NCBI GenBank assembly: GCA_009914755.4
Contig: CP086569.2
Span: forward strand, 21,920,001-21,984,000
Direction of reading: 5' to 3'
Length of the DNA stretch: 64,000 nt
DNA from: the human T2T-CHM13v2.0 reference genome, Homo sapiens
Below the pieces are notes generated by a model, which worked only from the letters and a program-made list of their open reading frames with translations, had not been told where the DNA came from and searched no databases. Both the position numbers and the translations under genes were made by a program. This document shows positions 12,615-30,219 of the stretch, one piece after another; positions within the stretch are counted from its first letter, which is position 1; every line of letters begins with the position of its first letter.

Positions 12615-13945
12615 GTACCATTGTGACATGCTTCTGTCTAGCACCTTAGTGATTTGAGTGTCCTGTGTGGGCTAAGCCCACAGATGGTTTTGCTTCAAAT
12701 CGCTGAGCCCAGCACTTCGGGGATGTGACTCTGTTTTTATTCGTTGGTATTGCCCACAAAGGACATTGTGACATACCACTGGGCTTACTCTTTAGTTGAT
12801 ATGAGTCTCCTCTCCTGCCTTGGTGCTCTTCACTGGTGGAATTTTGACATATCTCTGCATTCCACACCCAGATAATGTAAGTCTCCTGCCTGGTCTTGCC
12901 ACCATGGGCCACTGTGTCATATTGCTTGGTCCAGCTCTGAGACAATATAACCCTCCTGCCTGAACCCTGCATACAGAGGGCATTATGGCATAGCTCTGCA
13001 CCCATCACCCAGGTGATCTGACTGTCTTCTTCTGCCTAGGGGAAATTGTGACATATTTGGCCAAACACCTAGCTGATGTGACTTCTTCCTAGGTTCTGTT
13101 CTAAGGACAGACAGTGACATATCACTGGGCTCAACTGAAAGGTACCATTACTCTTGTTTCTGGAACCTATTCTCTGATTGCAATGTGACATATATGTGGG
13201 CTCAGCACCAAGGTAATGTCAATCTGATGCCTGGCCCTGCTTAGATGGGGCATTGTGACATATCCTGGGCCCATAAACTATTTGGCATAACTCTTTTCTC
13301 TTACTTGGCTTTCCCCATAGGAGAGATTGTTACATATCTCTTGGCCCAACACCTAGATAGATAATTCAACTCTCCTCTGTTGCTTAGTCCATGTCCACGG
13401 AAAGGACAATGAGTTGTCACTGGGACCTGCACACAGATGATGTGCTATGTCACCTGGTCCCTACTCACAGCGGTCATTGTCACTTATTGGTGTGGTCATT
13501 TCCTAGATGGTATGACTCTCATTTCCTTTTTAGGACTTGTTCACAGTGGGGATCATAACGTGTTGTTTGGCCTAGCCCCTAGGATATGTGACTGTCCGTT
13601 TCTTATTAAGCCCTGCCCACAGAGTACATAGTGACATATCTCTGAGCCTTCACCTAGGTGATGTGGCTCTCATGCCTGAGCCCTTTACTCAGGGAGTATT
13701 GTGACATATTGCCAACCCTAGCACATAGGTTATATGATTCTCATCTCATGCCTGGGCCACACCCATGTGGGAAAATGTGGCATAGAGCTGGGTCCAGCCC
13801 CTAAGATATGTGACTCTCCTCCTCTTTCTGGGTCCTATCCAGGGAGGACATTGTGTCATATCTGTAAGGAGTTTACCTAGGTAATGTGACCTATCTGCAT
13901 GGTCCCTCCACTCAGGGGATGTTGTGAGATATTGCTGGACCCAGT
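12615..13945. repeat. Beta satellite (68-bp Sau3A/BSR family) block, diverged monomers, reverse orientation relative to the canonical consensus
   Basis: About 65-70-bp periodic units of the form attgtgacatatc..tgggcccagcacctaggtgatgtgactctcctc..ctgcctgggccctgcccacaggg. This is the reverse complement of the remembered beta-satellite consensus GATCAGTGCAGAGATATGTCACAATGCCCCTGTAGGCAGAGCC...GTTACATCACCTGGGT. Confidence 0.8.
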
Positions 13946-14099
13946 GATGGCAGTGGTGGCCCATGTGGTGTTGTTTATGTGAAGGCACCAGCTTCATGAG
14001 GATGTATGGCAGGGGTTGCATGCTTCATGGAGCCAGTGAGAGCCAAGGATATGTGGGAACCTCACCTTTTACCAAGTTAGAGGGGTGGAAGTCCCATGC

Positions 14100-15200
14100 T
14101 CCTGGGCACAGCTGCAGCTGTCCAGCCACAGATCCAGATCCAGGAATCCAGGTACTCTTGAGGGATGAGGGTTTCCCTCTTTTTTCCTGCAGGTTCAGTA
14201 GGGCCTGCTCCCACTGTCTGGCATTTCTCCACTCCTGGTGTCTGCTCTGATTTTGGAGGAAAATTGTGGCTGCGGCTGGGTGCCATTATAACCTGGCCAA
14301 GTTTGCACACACAGGGTGGTGCTGACATGCTAGACTCTTGTAGCCTTAACACCCTCCAAACTTTGGGCACTGACAAGCATGAGAGAGAGTCCAGGGAGGC
14401 TAAGGGCAGCTTGGTGTGGGTCTACAAGCACCTGTTGGCATGAACAGCCTGCATGGCGGGAATGGTATGTTCATGATGGGAGGCAGACGGGTTACTGGGT
14501 GGAAAGGAGTGGATCTCCCGTGAAACTCCACCTTCAAACAAGGAACAGCCTGAAGTGGGGGGTTGGGCTTACTTATAAACTTTGGGTGGAGTCAGCAACC
14601 CAGAGTGAGAACTTATGATGCTTTTTCTGGGCCCACCCATGACCATCCATGGACCAGTCAGCATGCACTTTCTCCATGCTGAGCCCATAAAAACCCCAGA
14701 CTCCACCAGACTAGAACAGACATTGGGACAATATGCCCACCAAAAGGATATACATATTGTGGGTCTCCTCTCTGCTGAGAGCTGGACACCTGTCAGGATG
14801 ACCTGCCTGCTGAAAGAAACTATCCATTTCAGGTCTCTGGAGAGTTGTTCCATTACTCAGTGAATCTCCTCACTGCCTTGCTCACTCTCCAGTTATTCTC
14901 ATTACTTACTCTTCCTGGATGCAGGACAAGAACCTGGGACCCGCTGAGTGGTGGGATTAAAACGGCTGTAACATAAATGACTAAAACACATCCACTTCCA
15001 CTCACCATGTTGCAGGTAACAAGAAGGTGAGAAAATAGGTGGCCCTCTGGGAAGCCCAGACCAAGGGTCTTCACAAGCCAGGGCTGTAAAATCTCTTTGG
15101 CCTCTGTGGTTTCTGGCATCTCCAAGCTTTTGGTGGCCATGTTCCCCTTGTCTAAACGTGGGTGCCCACAGTGAAAGTTACATGCAGTATACATGTAACT
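14100..15200. other. Paralogous segment X, copy 1 (homologous to 26150-27400; unclassified, possibly an old dispersed repeat)
   Basis: Extended colinear similarity to 26150-27400. Example block 14.5-14.7 kb (tggaaaggagtggatctcccgtgaaactccaccttcaaacaaggaacagcctgaagtg ... cagcatgcactttctccatgctgagcccataaaaaccccagactcc) versus 26.68-26.9 kb (tggtgaaaccccaccttcaagccaggaatgatctgaagtg ... caacatgcactttctcctttctgagcccataaacaccccagactca). Both copies end with ...tctggcatctccaagct(t/c)ttgg...gtgggtgcc. Confidence 0.6.
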
Positions 15201-15961
15201 ACATGTAAATACATGTAGCTACAGCCTTGCACAGAGCTGGCACATGTGCCAGCACCAGGAGCTGCCTGTCCTGCCACAGCAGGACCCCATGTGTGCTCAC
15301 TTACATATCCCTTGCCACTTCATGGCTGGATTGATGTAGCAGGTGTGGAATCTGGGCCAGCAGTGCAACTTAAGCACAGCCTGCTGGGCTTAATGGGCAG
15401 AACAAGCCAAGTGGCATGAGTGATACTCAGGCAGAAGGTACCTGAGTGATACTCAGGCAGAAGGTACCACCAGTCACGGAGATTTCTAGATGATAAAGCA
15501 ACACTCCAAAAATCCTTTGGCAGACTCATCTGGGATTTGTAGAATGGCAAATAAAAGCAAACTTGTTGCTTTCTGTCCTAAACATCACAATAGCCAAAAA
15601 TAAAAGAAAAATACAGGTCCTCTGTTTGTCAGTTAAAAGCAACTGGCAAAGCTGCCTGACTTAAGACAGGGAGGACAGGCTTGCTGAGGAAAACACTGTT
15701 AATCCCCCATAACCCTCAGGTGTTGGGAATGTTGGCTTTTTTCTCTTTTTTTCAAATCAGTTTACCTTTACAGAGTTCTAGCCATTGTGTGGAATCAGAA
15801 TAAGGTATTAGGGCAACTGAATACATCTGGCCAAGGCCATACCTTGACTGACTCCAGTAAACAGCCCCTCAATGTGTTGATACAATGTGTTGGCCCTCCC
15901 CAGAGGGTCACAGCCCTTCTCACCTTCTTGTTGCCTTCAGCCTTTTTTATTAACCTCCCTC

Positions 15962-16092
15962 CCACCCTCCATTTTCTTCCTTCCCTCCTTCCTTCCTTCC
16001 TTCCTTCCTTCCTTCCTTCTTCCTTCCTTCCTTCCTTCCTTCCTTCCTACCTTCTTCCTTCCTTCCTTCCTTCGTTCTTTCCTTCCTTGACT
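15962..16092. repeat. (TTCC)n / (CCTT)n microsatellite
   Basis: Uninterrupted ccttccttcc... run. The LPSFLPSF ORFs (15787..16167, 15887..16090) and the minus KEGRKEGRK ORF are its translations. Confidence 0.95.
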
Positions 16093-16379
16093 GCTGTGGC
16101 TGTGATTTTCTTCTCTACCTACAATCTTAAGAATGTTGTTGCAAACCACAGGTACATTACCCGATAGAATGAGAATTTGGTTTAGTCATCAGGAGTAGAA
16201 AATGGAAGGTTAAGAGTAGCACAGATTAAAAAAAGTGTTTCTTGGTATTTATACATAAGTTTGTGGTGAAAACTTTCTTGTCATTTCCTTGGTTGTCAAA
16301 TTTTTCCAAGCACCTTCAGACACAGATAAGAAGCATGGCCTCAAGAAAAAAGCATTAATTTCAATACCATCCTGCAGCT

Positions 16380-17400
16380 ATATTGCCAAGCACCTTCAGG
16401 CACAGAAAAGAAGTAAGACCTCAGGAAAAAAGCATTAATTTAAATACCATCCTGAAGCTGGACTTTCTCTGTAAATGTGAAGGCAAATGGTCCAAGATCC
16501 CATACGTGCAGACTTTCTTTACCTTGCAGGGTTATCTAGACCTTTGCCAACATTGTAGGATTAATTTGGCCCTCCTGGTGGCCACATCAGGAGAGGCTGC
16601 AAGGGAAAAATTCAGGGACTTAGGGAAGCAAACCCAAGAGGTACCTTCAGTGGGGTAGTCAACTCTCTCCATTCCTTCCTATTCAGGTTTTCTCTCAAAT
16701 TTGTTCCATTCTAGAAATTCTCATTTTAGGCAGGTCTTTGTCTTCTGTCCCTACAACAGATGTCTGGTGAATATGGACCCACTAAAATCAAGGTCTCCTT
16801 TACTCTATATGACTTAAGGCAAATTAGGTGTGAACTCAACAAGTTTTCAGATGACCTTGACAGGTATATGGAAGCCTTCCAGAATTTAATCTAAGTATTT
16901 GAACTCTCCTGGAAAGAATGTTATATTACCTTTTAATCAAATACTGACTGCTGCTAAAAAGGGGGCTGCCTTGGAAGAGCACCCCTGCAGTTAAGTGCTT
17001 TTTTCCTCCACCATGTCAGGATTCAACGTAGTTTTTCCATGTGAGGGTACAGGTGGGTTTTTTTTGGCAGTTCCCCAATTTCAAAACTTCTTTTCTCTCC
17101 CTAGGAACTGTCATGTGTAATTCTGAGTTATGAAACTGTCACAATTTGATTAACTGTCTTTGTTCTGTTTCTGTATGCTTGCTTTCATGCCACTGTAAGC
17201 CTACTGCAAGCTAGCCCACACCCCCTTTTAAAATGTATGTAAAAGTCAAGTGCTGTCTTTGTTCTGGGCCCAGTGTTTGGATGTTAAGTCCACTGCATCT
17301 GAGTGCACTCATTAATCCTCCTGCTTTTACCTCAAAGTAAAGATCTCCCTGGTCCCTCTTGTTCCACGAAAGTGGCCCGAGGCCTACACCATCATCTGCC
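16380..17400 (+). mobile_element. ERV class I (ERV9/HERV-W/H-like) leader-gag fragment
   Basis: ORF 16383..16658 contains CEGKWSKIPYVQTFF, the same motif seen at 3745-3800 in the ERV9 provirus (REGKWS.IPYVQAFF). Downstream, ...LYDLRQIRCELNKFSDDLDRYMEAFQNLI is a gag-like FSDDPD.YI block. No LTR was recognised. Confidence 0.45.
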
Positions 17401-18560
17401 TCTGGGTCACTCAGATTCAGCTTTGCCTTTTAGGTTTTCAAACCAAAGTTTTGGACAAAAGGGTGCCACATGAGGGTGTTTTTCATAGAACTCCAGAACC
17501 CCAGAAATTAAAAGGAGAAGATTCCTCTCAAAATCAGCTTTTGTTTCTTGGAGAGATCCACCCTGTAACCAGTAGTCCATTCAGGAGATTGGCAATAAAA
17601 AAAAGGTCTTGCAATGACTGTATTATCTCTTGTCTGTTTGTGTAGTTATATGTGTGTTCTATGTATAATGTTTATATTAAAATGAGTTTTAATTGATTGG
17701 CTTAAGGAGAAAATAATAACCTAAATAAAATATTTTTAAAGAAAATAAAGCTATAATGCTTTTAGCTCATATGACTTTGATCTTTGAATTTAAGATTATC
17801 GGTAAAATAAGAATGTCTCATAATGTGCACATGTGGTATAAATTATGCAGGTCAGAAACTAGGTTTGCTAAGTGCTTTGAGGTCAAAGGGGCTTCTTTGT
17901 CTTTTGAAAATTTTTAACTTGTTTTCTTTACAGTTTGGGTAAGGCCTGGGGACATATGAAGTTAACAACACCCTAACTATGCTGGAAATAGTCTGGCCTT
18001 ATCTGCATCTACTACATACTTAAAGTAACTTATCAGGTTTTACATCAAAATTAAAAATTGCTAAGAGTTACCATTATAACATATAACTGAGACTACTGAA
18101 AGTAAATTTACATGCAATGTGTACAAGGAAAGTAAATATGTTTTTAGTAAAACATTATAAGATGGCATGGGAATATAAATTTTTGCCTAGTTTGAAGCTA
18201 AAGGATTATGTTAAATTAGATAAGATAAAGCAAAAGTGAAAACAAGTAGTGGATGGCTTGTAAAACTTAATCTTGTAAAATAAATTATGTGTATAAACAT
18301 ACTGACTAAATTCAAAAAGATATTATTTGGTTTTCCCATACATTGAACATTGGAAGCCAAGCATTTCTTATTGCACTGATCTGCTTTTTAACGAATATTT
18401 CTACAGGTTTATAAAAGGCTTGTAAGAATTTCACCTCACTGTCAAACGGATAAAAATTGAATACATTTGCATATAACGTTTCATTTAAAAAAATGGGATG
18501 ACATGAATAATAGACTAATGGATGGATAAAATTTTGTTCTCTCTCAGCAATATTTTCATG

Positions 18561-18850
18561 TAATGTTAACACCTGTAATCCCAACACTTTGGGAGGCCGA
18601 GGTGGGCAGATCACCTGAGGTTGGGAGTCTGAGACCAGTCTGGCCAATATGGTGAAACCTCATCTCTAATGAAAGTACAAAAATTAGCCAGGCATGGCGG
18701 TGGTCACCTGTAGTCTCAGCTACTCAGGAGGCTGAGGCAGGAGAATTGCTTGAACCCAGGAAGTGAAGATTACAGTGAGCCAAGATCATGCCACTGCACT
18801 CCAGCCTGGGTGACAGAGAGAGATCCTGTCTCAAAAATAAATAAGTAAAT
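18561..18850 (+). mobile_element. Alu SINE (plus orientation, slightly 5'-truncated) with A-rich tail
   Basis: cacctgtaatcccaacactttgggaggccgaggtgggcagatcacctgaggt ... ccactgcactccagcctgggtgacagagagagatcctgtctcaaaaataaataag. Confidence 0.9.
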
Positions 18851-19899
18851 AAATATATAAATAATAAAAAATTTTTGTTTGCTTTGTGAACAGACTATCA
18901 AGAAGTGAAGAAAAAAACAAGAGACAGATCATTTGGAAAGCTCACTCTTCCCTTTAATAAGTAAAGGGTTTTGTCTTTTAAAAAAAACTGAGCCAGGGAG
19001 GAGCCAAGATGGCCGAATACGAAGAGCTCCGGTCTACAGCTCCCAGCATGAGCGACCCAGAAGAAGGGTGATTTCTGCATTTGCCTCTGAGGTACCGGGT
19101 TCATCTCACTAGGGAGTGCCAGAGAGTGGGCACAAGTCAGTGGGTGCACACACCTTGCATGAGCCGAAGCAGGGTGAGGCATTGCCTCACTCGGGAAGCA
19201 CAAGGGGTCAGGGAGTTCCCTTTCCTAGTCAAAGAAAGGGGTGATAGACGGCACCTGGAAAATCGGGTCACTCCCACCCTAATACTGCGCTTTTCCGACA
19301 GGCTTAAAAAACGGCGCACCACGAGATTAAATCCCGCACCTGGCTCCGAGGGTCCTATGCCGACGGAGTCTCGCTGATTGCTAGCACAGCAGTCTGAGAT
19401 CAAACTGCAAGGCAGCAGCGAGGCTAGGGGAGGGGCGCCCACCATTGCCCAGGCTTGCTTAGGTAAACAAAGCAGCCCGGAAGCTCCAACGGGGTGGAGC
19501 CCACCACAGCTCAAGGAGGCCTGCCTGCCTCTGTAGGCTCCACCTCTGGGGGCAGGGCACAGACAAACAAAAAGACAGCATTAACCTCTGCAGACTTAAA
19601 TGGCCCTGTCTGACAGCTTTGAAGAGAGCAGCGGTTCTCCCAGTACAGAGCTGGAGATCTGAGAATGGGCAGACTGCCTCCTCAAGTGGGTCCCTGACCC
19701 CTGACTCCCGAGCAGCCTAACTGGGAGGCACCCCCCAGCAGGGGCACACTGACACTTCTCACGGCAGGGTACTCCAACAGACCTGCAGCTGAGGGTCCTG
19801 TCTGTTGGAAGGAAAACTAACAAACAGAAAGGACATCCACACCAAAAACCCATCTGTACATCACCATCATCAAAGACCAAAAGTAGATAAAACCACAAA

Positions 19900-20918
19900 G
19901 ATGGGGAAAAAAACAGAACAGAAAAACTAGAAACTCTAAAAAGCAGAGCGCCTCTCCTCCTCTAAAGGAACGCAGTTCCTCACCAGCAACGGAACAAAGC
20001 TGGATGGAGAATGACTTTGACGAACTGAGTGAAGAAGTCTTCAGACGATCAAATTACTCTGAGCTACGGAAGGACATTCAAACCAAAGGCAAAGAAGTTG
20101 AAAACTTTGAAAAAAATTCAGAAGAATGTACAACTAGAATAACCAATACAGAGAAGTGCTTAAAGGAGCTGATGGAGCTGAAAACCAAGGCTCCAGAACT
20201 ACTAGAAGAATGCAGAAGCCTCAGGAGCCAATGCGATCAACTGGAAGAAAGGGTATCAGCGATGGAAGATGAAATGAATGAAAAGAAGTGAGAAGGGAAG
20301 TTTAGAGAAAAAAGAATAGAAAGAAATGAGCAAAGCCTCCAAGAAATATGGGACTATGTGAAAAGACCAAATCTATGTCTGATTGGTGTACCTGAAAGTG
20401 ATGGGGAGAATGGAACCAAGTTGGAAAACACTCTGCAGGATATTATCCAGGAGAACTTCCCCAATCTAGCAAGGCAGGCCAACGTTCAGATTCAGGAAAT
20501 ACAGAGAACGCCACAAAGATACTCCTCGAGAAGAGCAACTCCAAGACACATAATTGTCAGATGCACCAAAGTTGAAAAGAAGGAAAAAATGTTAAGGGCA
20601 GCCAGAGAGAAAGGTCGGGTTACCCTCAAAGGGAAGCCCATCAGACTAACAGCGGATCTCTCGGCAGAAACCCTACAAGCCAGAAGAGAGTGGGGGTCAA
20701 TATTCAACATTCTTAAAGAAAAGAATTCTCAACCCAGAATTTCATATCCAGCCAAACTAAGCTTCATAAGTGAAGGAGAAGTAAAATACTTTACAGACAA
20801 GCAAATGCTGAGAGATTTTGTCACCACCAGGCCTGCCCTAAAAGAGCTCCTGAAGGAAGTGCTAAACATGGAAAGGAACAACCGCTACCAGCCACTGCAA
20901 AATCATGCCAAAATGTAA
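19900..20918 (+). pseudogene. L1 ORF1 (ORF1p) interrupted by two nonsense mutations
   Basis: ATG at 19900 is followed by a stop at codon 10. ORFs 20004..20291 and 20358..20918 together match ORF1p (MENDFDEL...; ...NNRYQPLQNHAKM) but are separated by a TGA. Confidence 0.9.
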
Positions 20919-20981
20919 AGACCATCGAGACTAGGAAGAAACTGCATCAACTAACGAGCAAAATAACCAGCTAACATCGTA

Positions 20982-24797
<3,816 letters not shown>

Positions 24798-26149
24798 ACA
24801 ATGGGATCACGTGGACACAGGAAGGGGAACATCACACTCTGGGGACAGTTGTTGGGTGGGGGGAGGGGGGAGGGATAGCATTGGGAGATATACCTAACAC
24901 TAGATGACAAGTTTGTGGGTTCAGTTCACCAGCATGGCACATGTACGCATATGTAACTAACCTGCACAATGTGCACATGTACCCTAAAACTTAAAGTATT
25001 AAAAAAAAAAAACCTGAGCCATTATTTTGGTTAAATAAATGACACATGAAAACCTGGAATTTTATTTCATAAGATAAAGTGTTTTAAAACTTTAACATAC
25101 TTGATAGGCTTCCCAAAATCAAATTTTAGCTTCAAAATTCTTTCTGATCCCTAACATTAGAATTCTATGGAGGGCCCCTGGAGCATCCAAAATTAAGGTA
25201 AGCAAGGTTATTATTTGACATGTTCAGTTACTTAGGATTGTCAAACTAAAAATAAAGCTTAATCCTTTCCAGGTTATATTTTAGTTAACAGTGTTAACAC
25301 ATATTTTTAAATCATGTGAGTCTTCCAGAATTCAAATGCTTAAGTATATTTTATTAATCATAATTAGGGTTACTATGGTAAGTTATAAATCACAGAAATG
25401 ACCAAATTTATTTGTCAGTTATGTTTTTTAATGTGAATATCCTAAAACATTCTGTCACTTACCGAAAATTGTTGCCTTGTTTTGATCCTCTAGAAAATAG
25501 AATTAATAATCAGCTACAGGACTTTGACAGGAACTTGTGATTTGTTTTTCTCTGTATTTTAGACTAACTCTCTTTATTCTGAGAGCCAGTCAGTGATCTC
25601 TGACTGCAGCTCAGAACAGACAAAAGGGACGGGTAATATAAAAATGTAGATCAATATTCTAATTCTGGGCAATTATCTTACAAATCCTGCCAGGTGATGG
25701 GGGTAAATTGGATGCCCATAACCTAAAGGTTTTGTTTTTCTTTTTCTTTTTTTTTTTCCTGGGAAAATAAGGCCACAGAAGCAAACCAGGGGCAACCCAA
25801 ATTCACTCAAATTTTAGCAGGCATTAATGTAGCCACTGGTTATCTGAGTACATTGGTAGCCTCAGAATTTTTGAGCTGGTATTATCCCCTTGTTTCCTTT
25901 TGATCTACGTCTTTTAACGGTCTTTTTTTTTTTTCTCACCTTCAGGCCATCAAATCTCAAATGGTAATGCTAAGAGAGCCACAAATGATGGCTCCCTCTT
26001 ACTGGGTACCCTTATATAGGCCTTGTGAGAAGATCTGGCTGCCACTTTTTCCAAAACAGTGCCCCCTGTCAGCATGAAGCAGTTATTAGCACATATAATC
26101 ACTATTCTAATGGCAGTTAGATGTATCTCTTCACAGGGGGAATCAACGA

Positions 26150-27400
26150 CAGCATCCTGTCTGGAGTGGCCACTGTGAAGACTCTAGCAGAAGTGGGAGA
26201 GACACGGCTTGGGTTGCACGCCTTGTGGAGCTAGCAGAAACCAGGAACGAGTGGAAGCCCTGCCTCCTACCGAGTTGGTGGGATGGGAGCTCCATGCTCC
26301 CAGATGCAGCTGCAGCTGCCAACCATGGTTTTAGATCTACGCATCTCTGCACTTTTGGGGCCGCAGACAGCCCATTCTCCTCCCACAGGCTTAAAAGGGC
26401 CTTCTCCCACTCTCTGGCCTCTCCACACTTTTGGTTCCTGATCCAGTTTGAGAGCAAAGTTGTGGTCAAGGTCAGGAACTGCTGTAACCTGGCCAGGTGT
26501 GTGCTCAGGGAAGCACTGACACCCAGAACTCTGCCACTTTGGCCCCCTCCAGTCTCAGAGTCCCAATAAGTGCAGGAGGGGGGCTGGTGGGGAGTGAGGG
26601 CAGATTGGCATAAGCCTGAAGGTGTCCCAGAACATGAACATCCTGGGACACGTTGATGGTGGGAGGCAGGCAGGCTCCTGGGAAGAAAGCAGTGAGTCCC
26701 TGGTGAAACCCCACCTTCAAGCCAGGAATGATCTGAAGTGAAACCTGGGAATTGATTGGTTAACTCCAGGTACAGACCACAACCTGAATTAAGAAATTAT
26801 GTTGCCTTTTCTTGGTTTACAGATGGCTGCCTATACACAAATCAACATGCACTTTCTCCTTTCTGAGCCCATAAACACCCCAGACTCAAACAGACACTGG
26901 GATAACCTGCCTGTGGGAAGCAGCTATCCACTGCAGGCCTCCTCTCCATTGAGACACGGACAGTCATCAGAATGATCTGCTTGTGGAAAACCATCCACTT
27001 TGGGTCTCCTGAGAGCTGTTCTGTCACTCAATGAAGGCAGACCAGGAGTGTCTGCCTTTCTCATCCTCCAGTTGTCCATGTACCCATGGGGGCAAGAACC
27101 TGCATTCTTCCTGGATGTAGGACAAGAATTGAGACCTGTTAAATGGGGGGACTAAAAAAGCTGCAACACAACTAGGGCTGAAACACGCACCCTTGCTTGC
27201 TATGTTGCAGGCAATAAGGAGAGAAGAGCTGTGGTCTTCTGCAGAGCTGGGACCTAGGGCTTCCTCAAGTCAGGGCTGTGACACCCTATTTGGGACTCTG
27301 GTTTCTGGCATCTCCAAGCTCTTGGGAACCACCACCACATTTCCATCGTCCAGATGTGGGTGCCTGCAGCAGAAACTGTGTGTGGTACATTTTGTCTAGC
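26150..27400. other. Paralogous segment X', copy 2 (homologous to 14100-15200), same orientation
   Basis: See the feature at 14100-15200. About 70-75% identity over roughly 1.1 kb, judged by eye. Confidence 0.6.
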
Positions 27401-28036
27401 TACAACATCAGACAGAGCTGGCATATTATATATGCATATATATATGAATATTATATATATATATAAGATATGGCATATTATATTGTATGTATAATATAAT
27501 ATAAAGCCCTCAGATGGTACAGAGAACGTCCTAAAAGGGGCCCACACACAGATAAAATTCTGATTGTCATATGCACAGCCAGCCTTCATTTAAAATTGTC
27601 ATCCTTCCACAGGAACACAGCCCACTGTGGAAATTATGAATCTTACAACTGTAGTCAATCAGAAGTTGGAAAATTGACTGTTGTAGGTGGAGCTGGGCCT
27701 CAGGTGGATTGGTGACTCTCAGACCTTCATTAAGTGCACCTGGAATGCTGTGAATCCATTAGGTGGACACAGTCCCCAAGATGGATTTAAGCTCTTATGC
27801 ATTGATCAAGTCCACTATTGAGAAAGTGACATGTATGCTTGAACCCAATACAGGAAGTCTTGACTCTCAGACCTACAACCTGGACACATGTGAAATTGAT
27901 TGTTAATCTGATTTCTGAACCTACTGGCAGGTGTGATTGTGACATACGCATCTGCCCAGCATGTGTTTTGACTATTTTTTCTGTGCCAAGCCTACATATA
28001 ATATTTTGACATATCAGTGGACTTAGTACTTAGATT

Positions 28037-28077
28037 ACATTTCTTTCTTTCTTTCTTCTCTTTCTTTCTTTCTTTCT

Positions 28078-28144
<67 letters not shown>

Positions 28145-28145
28145 G
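28037..28145. repeat. (TTTC)n microsatellite within the beta-satellite array
   Basis: ttctttctttc... run. ORF 28017..28220 (FLSFFLSFF...) is its translation. Confidence 0.95.
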
Positions 28146-29931
28146 CTTTGGCATCCCTCAAGGTGCATTAGAACATATCACTGGGTCAAACACCCAGGTG
28201 ACGTAACACTTCTGTCTTAACCCTGCCTACAGGACCCATTGTGACATTCCTCTATACCTATCAAACAAGTTAGGTGACTCTCCTCTTCTGCTGGGTCTCT
28301 GCTCAAACGGGGCAGTGTGACATATCATTGGATCCAGCACCTAGCTGTTGTGACTAATTTTTTTATTGTTCCATCACGGGAGAGACTGTGAAATATCACT
28401 AGTCTAAACACCAAAATGGCACTATTCTTTTGCCTTGGTCCTAAATTCTAAAGACATTGCAACATATTGCTAAACCCAGTACTAAGTGGATATAAGTCTC
28501 CTGTCTGAAACCTGCCCACAGGGGGCATTAAAACACATCTTTAGGCCTATCAACTCTTTCATGTGAATCTTCTTTCTTACCTCAACTTTGCCCATATGGG
28601 AGATTGTAATATATCTCTGGGTCCATCAACTTTTTATGTGACTCTTCTGTCTCGTGTTCTCCCTGCCCACAGGGATTATTGTGACATATATCCAGGCCCA
28701 TCACCTGATTATGTCTCTCCTCCTTTTGCTGGGATTTACCCACAGTTGGGATTGTAACATATAACTTATCTAAACACCTACCCACTGTGGTGATTCTGAG
28801 ACATAACTTGGTTCAGCCATGAAGTTATGTGACTCTCCTCCTCTTTCTGAGTCCTTTGCATGGCAAGCATTGTGATAAATTTCTGAGTCCTTCATGTAAA
28901 TTTTGTTAATCTTCTCTCTGGGCCCTTCTCTCAGGGATGGTTGCAATATATTGCTGCACCCAGCAATTAGTTCATGTGACTCTTCTCTATTGCTTAACCT
29001 TCCCATAAAAGGGATTGTGGCCTATCACTGGGTCCAATGCCTAGTTGGTGCAATTGCCTTCATCTGCCCTGCCCACAGCGGTATTATGACATATCATTTT
29101 GTTCCTCACCTAGGTGATGTGACTCTCTACTGCATAAACCCTGCCAAACAGGGAGGTTGTAACATATCACTAGACCCAGAACTTAAGTGACAGTATTAGC
29201 GTTCTCTAAAAGGTCAGAACCAACAAGATAGATGTGTATATGAAGGGGAGTTTGTTAGGAGTATTGGCTCACACAGTCACAAGGGGAAGTCTCACAATAG
29301 GCCGTCTGCAAGCTAAGCAGCAGGAAAGCCAGTCCAAGTCACAGAACCTCAAAAGTAGGGAAGCTAACAGTGCAGCCTTCAGTCTGTGGCTAAAGGCCTG
29401 AGAGCCTCTAGCAAACCAGTAATTTAATTCCAGGAGTTGAAAGTCTGAAGAACTTGGAGTCTGATGTTCAGGCAGGAAGCATCCAAGAAGAGAGAAAGGC
29501 AAAGACTGGAAGACTCAACAAGCCAAATCCTTCTAACTTCTGCCTGCTTTTATTCTAGTCATGCTGGCAGCTGATTAGATGGTGTCCACCCAGATTGAGG
29601 ATAGGTCTGCCTCTTCCAGTGCACTGACTCAAATACTAATCTCATTTGGCAACGCCTTCACAGAAACACCCAGGATCAATACTTTTCACCCCTCAATTCA
29701 ATCATATTGACATTCAGTATTAACCATCACAGTGACATAACTCTCTTTTTATCCTGCGTCCCATATTTTGATTATTTTGACATGTTTCTGAGCCAATCTC
29801 CTAGAAGATAAAAGACTCTGCCTTGGCCATGCCACAGAGGGTCTTGTGATGTATCCCTGTACCCATCTACCCAGCACCTGACTGATACAACTCTACTGTC
29901 TGGGCTTAGCCCACATATGACATTCCTTTAT

Positions 29932-30219
<288 letters not shown>

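Noticed and set aside
15787-16167. ORFs with LPSFLPSF / KEGRKEGRK repeats
   Set aside because: Translations of the (TTCC)n / (GGAA)n microsatellite in different frames and strands.
17650-18540. AT-rich stretch considered as a possible microsatellite, matrix-attachment region or old L2/MIR
   Set aside because: No clear periodicity or diagnostic motif was found. I cannot assign it by eye, so I left it unannotated.
19081-19514. Sense 98-aa and antisense 125-aa ORFs inside the L1 5'UTR as independent genes
   Set aside because: They lie wholly within a GC-rich L1 5'UTR where stop codons are sparse. Only the possible relation of the antisense one to L1 ORF0 is noted, in the findings, as low-confidence.
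28017-28220. ORF FLSFFLSFFLSFF...
   Set aside because: Translation of (TTTC)n.
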